Of a stretch of 12,008 bases of DNA, positions 5,862 through 12,008 are shown one piece after another (the first letter of the stretch is position 1; the number at the start of each line of letters is the position of its first letter). The DNA is from Deltaproteobacteria bacterium (GTDB taxonomy: Bacteria; Myxococcota_A; UBA9160; SMWR01), in assembly GCA_032128375.1 (NCBI GenBank), contig JAQBGU010000072.1, forward strand, positions 1-12,008, given 5' to 3'. Both the position numbers and the translations under genes were made by a program. The notes under the pieces are model-generated. The model saw only the letters and a program-made list of their open reading frames with translations. It had not been told where the DNA came from and made no database searches.

Positions 5862-6995
5862 ATGTCCCCGCCCCACCGACTCCCGGCAACGACTGGGCCT
5901 CTGGCCCCGTTCGGACGCGTGTGGCTTGGCGTGATGCTGACCGTGCTCAGCCTGGCGGGTTGCGGCGAATCCGAGGCCGACCACAAGTCGTTCGATAAGG
6001 TGCCGACGGTCGAGACACTGGTCATTCAACCCGGCTTGTTGCGCGACATTGTCGCGTTCGGCGGACAACTGGCTTCGGAAAAGAGCGTGGTCCTGAAGTC
6101 CGAAGTCGACGGAATCCTGGAGTCGATCCAATTCGAAGAGGGACAGCACGTCAGGAAGGGGGAAGTGTTGTTCCGATTGCGCAGTGGTGAGCAGGAGGCG
6201 ATGTTGAAAGTCGCCGAAGCCAACCTGCTGCTGGCGGCCTCACAGGCAAAGCGCGCCGCGACGCTGTTGAGCCGGGATGTCGCCGCGCAGGCGCGGAAGG
6301 ACGAGACCGCGGCCGAACAAGGCGTCGCTCAGGCGCGCGTGGAACTCGCCCGAATCGCGTTGTCCCAGACGCGCATCCGAGCGCCATTCGATGGAATGGT
6401 TGGGATGTTGCTGGTTTCACCGGGAGAATTTCTCACAGAACAGGTCCCGCTGGTCCAGATCGATGCGGTCGATCGGCTCCAGGCGACGTTTGCGATGAGT
6501 GAGATCGCGCTGCCGTTCGCCCGTGTCGGCATTCCGGTGGATATCTTGGTCGCGCCCTATCCCGGCGAGCGATTCCCCGGCGAAGTGTTTTTTGTGTCGC
6601 CTACGTTGGATACGAAGGCGCGTCGCCTGTTAGTCAAAGCGTGGATTCCGAACGCGGAAGGAAGACTCGCCGCGGGTTTGTACACCAACATCGAAGTAGA
6701 GATTCGCAGCCAGGAAAACGCATTGTTGATACCCGAGTCGGCCGTGATTTCGGACGGAGTCGGGACATTCGTGTGGCGTGTTGATGACGGAGATGTCGCG
6801 ACTCGAGTCCCGATCGAGGTGGGTCTTCGAAAGGGCGGGCTGGTCGAGGTTACGGGTGGCCTGGTCGGAGGGGATCGGATCGTGACGGCCGGCACTCACA
6901 AGGTCAACGATGGTATGAAGGTCGCACACTCGAAAGTGCCTGAAAGTGGGCAAGCGAGTGTGCCGTCCGAGGAGCCCGCCGGAGAGGGCACGTGA
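5862..6995 (+). CDS. RND efflux periplasmic adaptor (membrane fusion protein), lipoprotein
   Basis: Lipobox LAGC. Lipoyl-like halves (SEVDGILESIQFEEGQHVRKGEVLF; IRAPFDGMVG), an alpha-hairpin, and LLIPESAV and GDRIVTAG motifs. The stop overlaps the permease start (GTGA). Confidence 0.95.
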   Translation: MSPPHRLPATTGPLAPFGRVWLGVMLTVLSLAGCGESEADHKSFDKVPTVETLVIQPGLLRDIVAFGGQLASEKSVVLKSEVDGILESIQFEEGQHVRKGEVLFRLRSGEQEAMLKVAEANLLLAASQAKRAATLLSRDVAAQARKDETAAEQGVAQARVELARIALSQTRIRAPFDGMVGMLLVSPGEFLTEQVPLVQIDAVDRLQATFAMSEIALPFARVGIPVDILVAPYPGERFPGEVFFVSPTLDTKARRLLVKAWIPNAEGRLAAGLYTNIEVEIRSQENALLIPESAVISDGVGTFVWRVDDGDVATRVPIEVGLRKGGLVEVTGGLVGGDRIVTAGTHKVNDGMKVAHSKVPESGQASVPSEEPAGEGT

Positions 6996-9900
6996 AAATC
7001 TCCGAGGCTTGCATCAACCGACCGGTACTCGCATCGGTCATGTCTTTGGTGATTGCGCTGTTCGGCATCATCAGCCTGACGCAGTTGCAGAATCGCGAAC
7101 TACCGGCCATCGATCCACCGATCGTCTCCGTGACGACGATCTTCCCCGGCGCGGCCCCCGAAGTGGTCGAGACCTCGGTCACCGACCCGCTGGAAGACCA
7201 GGTCAACGGGATCGAGGGTGTCAAACACGTCACCTCGATCAGCCGAGAACAGGTTTCCATCATCACGATCGAGTTCGAACTCAGCCGCGATCTCGAAGCG
7301 GCAACCAACGATGTTCGCGATCGTGTGTCGCGCGCGCGCCGCGAGCTTCCTGATGAAGTCGACGAGCCGGTGGTTGCCAAACGCGATTCCGATTCGGGGG
7401 CGGTGATATGGTTGGCCCTTTCGGGCCCTCTCTACGACCAGGTCGAACTGACGACGATCGCCGACACATTGCTCCTCGATCCACTCAGCAAACAACCCGG
7501 TGTGGCCACGGTGATGATCGGTGGCGAACGCCGCTATGCGATGCGGGTGTGGCTCGAGAACCGGCGCCTGGCCGCACACAACCTGACCGCTTTTGACGTC
7601 GGCGCCGCGCTATCACGCGAGAATGTCGACATACCGTCCGGCCGCGTCGAGTCGAACGACACGGAATTCACGGTTCGCAGTCTCGGCGAACTCAAGACCG
7701 TCGATGACTACCGCAACCTGATCGTCGCGCAGGTCAATGGCGCTGCCGTGCGTCTTGGCGACGTCAGCCATATCGAATCCGGGCCAGAAAGCGCACGCAA
7801 GCTGGTCCGCTACAACGGAATACCGGCGGTGGGGCTGGGCATCGTGAAACAGTCGACCGCGAACACGCTCGATGTGGCCGACGCGGTAATCGCCAAGATC
7901 GACGAACTCCAGGGGAGACTCCCACCCGGCACGAAACTCGAGGTCGCATTCGACAGCTCGCGGTTCATTCGCCAATCGATCAAGGATGTCAGAACGACGA
8001 TCTTCGAGGCGATCGTATTGGTCGTGCTCGTGATCTACGTGTTCTTGCGCTCGTTTCGAGCCACATTGGTCCCGACGATCGCGATCCCGGTTTCGATCCT
8101 TGGCTCATTCGCGTTCCTGTACTTCGCCGGTTTCACAATCAACACGCTGACGCTGATGGGGATCACACTCGCGATCGGTCTCGTCGTCGATGATGCGATC
8201 GTCGTGCTCGAGAACATCACCCGCTGGATGGAAGAAGGCGCCGAGCCGATGGACGCCGCACGGCACGGAATGAAGGAAATCTCGTTTGCGGTCGTCGCAG
8301 CGACGGTTTCGGCGGTTGCCGTGTTTTTGCCGCTTTCGTTCTTGACCGACACCACGGGTCGACTGTTTCGAGAGTTCGCGGTGACCGTCGCTGCGGCGCT
8401 TTCGGTGTCGGGGTTTGTGGCGGTGACACTCTCGCCCGCCTTGTGCGCGCTGATCGTCCGTCGCAATCCGAAAGAGACGGGATTGAAACTTCTGCTGGCA
8501 AGGATGGTCGACAGCTGGTCGGCCGCTTACGGCGCCTCGCTAGAGGCGGTGCTACGGCGACCCACCATGTGGGTTCTGCTCGGGTTTGCGTGGCTTGGGT
8601 TCGGCGTTCTGCTATGGGGCCAGATCGATGAAGAACTGATTCCCAAATCGGATCGCGGATTTGTGCTCGTTTGGACCCAGGCGCCCGAAGGCAGCACGAT
8701 CGATTACATGGATCGCTACCAGAAGGTCGCCGAGGAACAACTGATGGAGATCCCCGAAGTCGAGCATGTATTCTCGGTCATTGCGCTGGGGCTCGGGACA
8801 CCCGGCCTGGTGAATCAGGGAATCGTGATCACAAGCTTGAGTCCGACCGAGCAACGGGAGCGCGGCCAAGAAGACGTCGCCAGGAGCTTGCGAGCAGATC
8901 TCGGGAAGATTGGTGGAATCAAGGCGTACCCAAGCACGCCGTCGCCGCTTTCCGGTTTCTTGTCGTCCCCTGTTTCGTTTTCGATCGGGGGCGAAGATCT
9001 CCCACAGTTGGCCCATTACGCTCGTTTGATTGAGCAACGCCTGGAGGAGTACGGCGGCTTCGGAAACATCCAGACGGATCTCTATCTCAACAAGCCGCAA
9101 CTCGATGTTGAAATCGACCGCAATCGTGCGGGTGACCTTGGGGTCTCGGTGCGGTCTATTGCGACGACGTTGCAGACTCTGCTGGGCGGTCTGGATCTTT
9201 CCACTTTCAAGCTCGAGGGCGAGACCTACAAAGTCATGGTTCAGTTGGGTCACAACGAGCGAAACGACCCGCGCGACATCCTCGAGTATTCGGTCCGCGG
9301 AAACGATGGATTGTTGATTCCGCTTTCTTCATTGGTGGCTACTCGGGAGGGCACTGCACCGCGCGAGGTCCCGCATTACAACAGGCAACGCTCGGTCACC
9401 GTGTCCGCGAATCTCGACGGACTTTCGCAAGGCGAGGCGATCGAGATTGCCGAACGGATTGCGCTCGAGGTTCTACCCGACGAGGGTTACCGCATCGCGT
9501 TCACCGGTGAGGCTGAAAAGTTTCTGGAAAGTGGCAACGCGCTCACGTTTGCGTACGGGCTCGCGATCCTGGTCGTTTACCTCGTTCTCGCTGCGCAGTT
9601 CGAGAGTTTCGTCCACCCCATTACGATCCTGGTCGCGGTTGCGTTCAGCTTCACCGGCGCACTCGTCGCGCTGTGGGTGACGGCTGCTCTCGGAGACGTC
9701 GAGCTCATCGCGCTACCCGGAACGCTCAATCTCTACAGCAAGATCGGACTGGTGATGTTGGTCGGGCTGGTCACCAAGAACTCGATTCTGATCGTCGAAT
9801 TCGCGAACCAACTGCGCGATAGCGGCGCCGAGCTCTATCAAGCGGTCATCCAGGCGGCACAAACGAGGTTTCGCCCGATTCTGATGACCGCGTTGGCGAC

Positions 9901-10138
9901 GATGGTCGGGATCCTGCCGATCGCGATGGGTAGCGGGGCAGGGGGCGATTCGCGAGCGCCGCTGGGAATTGCCGTAATTGGCGGAATGTTCTTCTCGACG
10001 TTGCTGACATTCTTCATCGTGCCGGCGACCTACCTGATGATCGAGCGCCGTCGGCAGCACATGATCCTGCGCAGGCGCCTCCGAGTGGCGGGCGCAAGAA
10101 AGGAAACGCCCGCTGGCGTAGTTGCGGGCGGTCAATAG
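6992..10138 (+). CDS. RND efflux permease, AcrB/AcrD/AcrF (HAE1) family (1048 aa)
   Basis: N-terminal INRPVLASV. Proton-relay motifs GLVVDDAIVVLEN, GLVTKNSILIVEF and RFRPILMT. Two large periplasmic domains and ~12 TM segments. Confidence 0.97.
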   Translation: MKISEACINRPVLASVMSLVIALFGIISLTQLQNRELPAIDPPIVSVTTIFPGAAPEVVETSVTDPLEDQVNGIEGVKHVTSISREQVSIITIEFELSRDLEAATNDVRDRVSRARRELPDEVDEPVVAKRDSDSGAVIWLALSGPLYDQVELTTIADTLLLDPLSKQPGVATVMIGGERRYAMRVWLENRRLAAHNLTAFDVGAALSRENVDIPSGRVESNDTEFTVRSLGELKTVDDYRNLIVAQVNGAAVRLGDVSHIESGPESARKLVRYNGIPAVGLGIVKQSTANTLDVADAVIAKIDELQGRLPPGTKLEVAFDSSRFIRQSIKDVRTTIFEAIVLVVLVIYVFLRSFRATLVPTIAIPVSILGSFAFLYFAGFTINTLTLMGITLAIGLVVDDAIVVLENITRWMEEGAEPMDAARHGMKEISFAVVAATVSAVAVFLPLSFLTDTTGRLFREFAVTVAAALSVSGFVAVTLSPALCALIVRRNPKETGLKLLLARMVDSWSAAYGASLEAVLRRPTMWVLLGFAWLGFGVLLWGQIDEELIPKSDRGFVLVWTQAPEGSTIDYMDRYQKVAEEQLMEIPEVEHVFSVIALGLGTPGLVNQGIVITSLSPTEQRERGQEDVARSLRADLGKIGGIKAYPSTPSPLSGFLSSPVSFSIGGEDLPQLAHYARLIEQRLEEYGGFGNIQTDLYLNKPQLDVEIDRNRAGDLGVSVRSIATTLQTLLGGLDLSTFKLEGETYKVMVQLGHNERNDPRDILEYSVRGNDGLLIPLSSLVATREGTAPREVPHYNRQRSVTVSANLDGLSQGEAIEIAERIALEVLPDEGYRIAFTGEAEKFLESGNALTFAYGLAILVVYLVLAAQFESFVHPITILVAVAFSFTGALVALWVTAALGDVELIALPGTLNLYSKIGLVMLVGLVTKNSILIVEFANQLRDSGAELYQAVIQAAQTRFRPILMTALATMVGILPIAMGSGAGGDSRAPLGIAVIGGMFFSTLLTFFIVPATYLMIERRRQHMILRRRLRVAGARKETPAGVVAGGQ

Positions 10139-10225
10139 GTGCTTCGGCTGCGAGTCTCTATCCGTCGTCGTCGCGCCGCCATTTCGGCGGGAAGCGGCGG
10201 CCGAAACCCGTCTAGGGCTGGGTAA

Positions 10226-11008
10226 TTGAACTCAGTCGAAGCGATCATTTTGGGAATCGTTCAGGGACTGACTGAATTCTTGCCGGTCTCGAGTTCGGGT
10301 CACCTGGTGATCGTTCAGTCACTGATGAATGTGGAGCAGGAGGGGATCCTGTTCGAAGTCGCCGTGCACGTGGCCACGCTGGCATCGGTATTGATCTTCT
10401 ACCGAGCTCGCGTCGCTTCGCTGATCCGCGGAACATTGCGGCTGAACCTCCCGGATCTCGAATACGTAGGGAAGCTCGCAGTCGCGACTCTCCCAGCCGT
10501 CGTGTTGGTGCTGGTCGCCGGAGATTTGATCGACGAGCAGTTCGAGTCACCGGCGGCGGCGGGAATGGGGTTGCTGATCACCGGGGCGATCTTGTGGTCA
10601 ACCCGATGGACCGTAGGTGCTGCGCGGCTGCCGTCGCCGACCTGGACGGCGGCCTTGCTGATCGGTTGTGCGCAATCGATCGCGATCGCACCGGGAATCT
10701 CGCGCAGCGGTGCGACCGTGGCGGCGGCGCTGGCGCTGGGTGTGACGCCGTTGGCGGCCGCAGAATTTTCGTTTCTGATGAGCAGTATCGCGATCACGGG
10801 CGCGGCTGTGCGAATGATCCCGGAATTTGGGGCTGTCGCATCGGCGATGATGGTTCCGATCGCGCTTGGTATGCTGGCCGCGCTGATCTCCGGAATCGCC
10901 GCGATCTGGTTGTTCGTACGACTGTTGCAATCGAGTGGATTCCACTACTTCGCGTACTACACCTGGCCGGTGGGTGCGCTGGTGTTGATCTGGTTCGGGC
11001 CGCTTTGA
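10226..11008 (+). CDS. uppP: Undecaprenyl-diphosphate phosphatase (UppP/BacA)
   Basis: TTG start. Signature motifs LGIVQGLTEFLPVSSSGH and PGISRSGAT, plus AAEFSFL. Confidence 0.96.
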   Translation: MNSVEAIILGIVQGLTEFLPVSSSGHLVIVQSLMNVEQEGILFEVAVHVATLASVLIFYRARVASLIRGTLRLNLPDLEYVGKLAVATLPAVVLVLVAGDLIDEQFESPAAAGMGLLITGAILWSTRWTVGAARLPSPTWTAALLIGCAQSIAIAPGISRSGATVAAALALGVTPLAAAEFSFLMSSIAITGAAVRMIPEFGAVASAMMVPIALGMLAALISGIAAIWLFVRLLQSSGFHYFAYYTWPVGALVLIWFGPL

Positions 11009-11080
11009 TGGGAGGTTCCGACAATAGGCCTCGAGCCGATCGAAACCATCGAAGGCGCGGTAGCCCCAGCGAATCGTCGC

Positions 11081-11086
11081 TATGGT
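11081..11086 (+). promoter_or_regulatory. Putative -10 box (TATGGT) for a leaderless methyltransferase transcript
   Basis: TATGGT-ccacgcc-ATG(11094): TANNNT 7 nt before the ATG, with no SD. Confidence 0.45.
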
Positions 11087-11093
11087 CCACGCC

Positions 11094-11699
11094 ATGCCCA
11101 ACCTCCAGCGCTTTCGACCTCAGCCCGATCAACGTCTCACTTTTCTCAATGAGTTCTTCAAACGACCCGGACTGGTCGGATCGGTCATCCCCAGTTCGCG
11201 CTTTCTCGAACGGAGGATCGTGGCAATCGCGCAGGTGTCACGGGCGAAGAACGTCGTCGAATTGGGTCCGGGAACGGGTGGCACGACTCGCGCCGTGTTG
11301 CGCGCGCTGCCCGCTTCCTCCCGGGTCTTGGCCATCGAGCTGAGCGCGCAGTTCGCCGCGCTGCTGGCCGATCTTCCCGATCCGAGGCTCTCGGTCGAAT
11401 TTGGCAGTGCTGCCAAAATTCGAGATGCGCTCAACCGACACGAGATGGAGCGCCCCGATGTGATCTTGTCAGGGATCCCGTTTTCGACGATGTCAACAGC
11501 GGTCGGTCGTCGGATAATCGATGAGGTCTGGTCGTCTCTGGCGCCGGGCGGACGGTTCGTTGCGTACCAATTTCGCGATCGGGTGTCGGTTCTCGGCAAA
11601 CAGATCATTGGCGCGCCCAAGGTCGAGATCGAACTCTTGAATGTGCCACCGATGCGCCTGTACTGCTGGAAGAAACCGGTCGCCGAATCGAGCGATTGA
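11094..11699 (+). CDS. Class I SAM-dependent methyltransferase, phospholipid N-methyltransferase-like (Sinorhizobium/Agrobacterium PmtA type); alternative start at 11082
   Basis: FLNEFFKRPGLVGSVIPSSRFL, the SAM-binding motif VVELGPGTG, ILSGIPF, GGRFVAYQF and NVPP are typical of this family. Confidence 0.85.
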   Translation: MPNLQRFRPQPDQRLTFLNEFFKRPGLVGSVIPSSRFLERRIVAIAQVSRAKNVVELGPGTGGTTRAVLRALPASSRVLAIELSAQFAALLADLPDPRLSVEFGSAAKIRDALNRHEMERPDVILSGIPFSTMSTAVGRRIIDEVWSSLAPGGRFVAYQFRDRVSVLGKQIIGAPKVEIELLNVPPMRLYCWKKPVAESSD

Positions 11700-11899
11700 T
11701 CGGCCTTCCATTCGTATGAGTCCATGATGGCAAGACGGGGAACGGGTCGATCAGGGCGCGCGCAGATGAGGCTCGAGTGGTTCGACCCGTCACGGATCGC
11801 GAAGCTGCCAGTTGGGTTCGAAGCGGGCTCCAGGCGCAGCTCACCCCTGCCGCGGGGCCAGCCCGCAGCGAGGTGTGAACTGTCTTGTGATGAAATGAG

Positions 11900-11951
11900 C
11901 CGCTAGGAGTCTGCGCGGTAGGGCGCCAGCTCTAGCGTGCAGGCGACGACG
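11900..11951. repeat. Dispersed REP/MITE-like hairpin repeat, copy C
   Basis: 47/52 nt identical to 4406-4457. Folds as GTCTGCGCG-g-TAGGGC-gcca-GCTCTA-g-CGTGCAGGC. Confidence 0.85.
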
Positions 11952-12008
11952 GAAAAATTCGAGAATTCGCCCTAGGGCTCGAGAATCGGATGAAGACTCT
12001 GTGCGGGT

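Noticed and set aside
11779..11821. GGTTCGA T-loop-like motifs suggesting a tRNA
   Set aside because: No cloverleaf, acceptor stem or CCA end can be built around either motif.
11724..11906. 60-aa ORF
   Set aside because: It is Arg/Ser/Gly-rich, has no SD or motif, and its stop is supplied by the repeat's CTAG; probably spurious.

Overview
GC-rich bacterial chromosomal window with nine recognisable genes, mostly housekeeping or envelope-related. In order: an M55 (DppA-like) D-aminopeptidase on the minus strand, interrupted by one in-frame TGA. Divergent from it is an exosortase (EpsH/XrtA-like) translationally coupled to a divergent EpsI-like partner, then a CapK/PaaK-like adenylate-forming ligase behind a structured leader. 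Converging on that is a thrH + lipoprotein monoheme cytochrome c pair. Next come an RND adaptor + AcrB-family permease (no outer-membrane factor in the window), uppP, and a PmtA-like phospholipid N-methyltransferase. Non-coding signals are a dispersed ~52-bp CTAG-anchored hairpin repeat (two near-full copies, one partial, one distant look-alike), a 4x12-bp tandem repeat, and TANNNT boxes 7-8 nt before three start codons lacking a Shine-Dalgarno (probable leaderless mRNAs). The best candidates for something undescribed are the divergent exosortase/EpsI-like/ligase module, the hairpin repeat family and the UGA-interrupted peptidase. All family calls come from motif recognition by eye; no searches were run.
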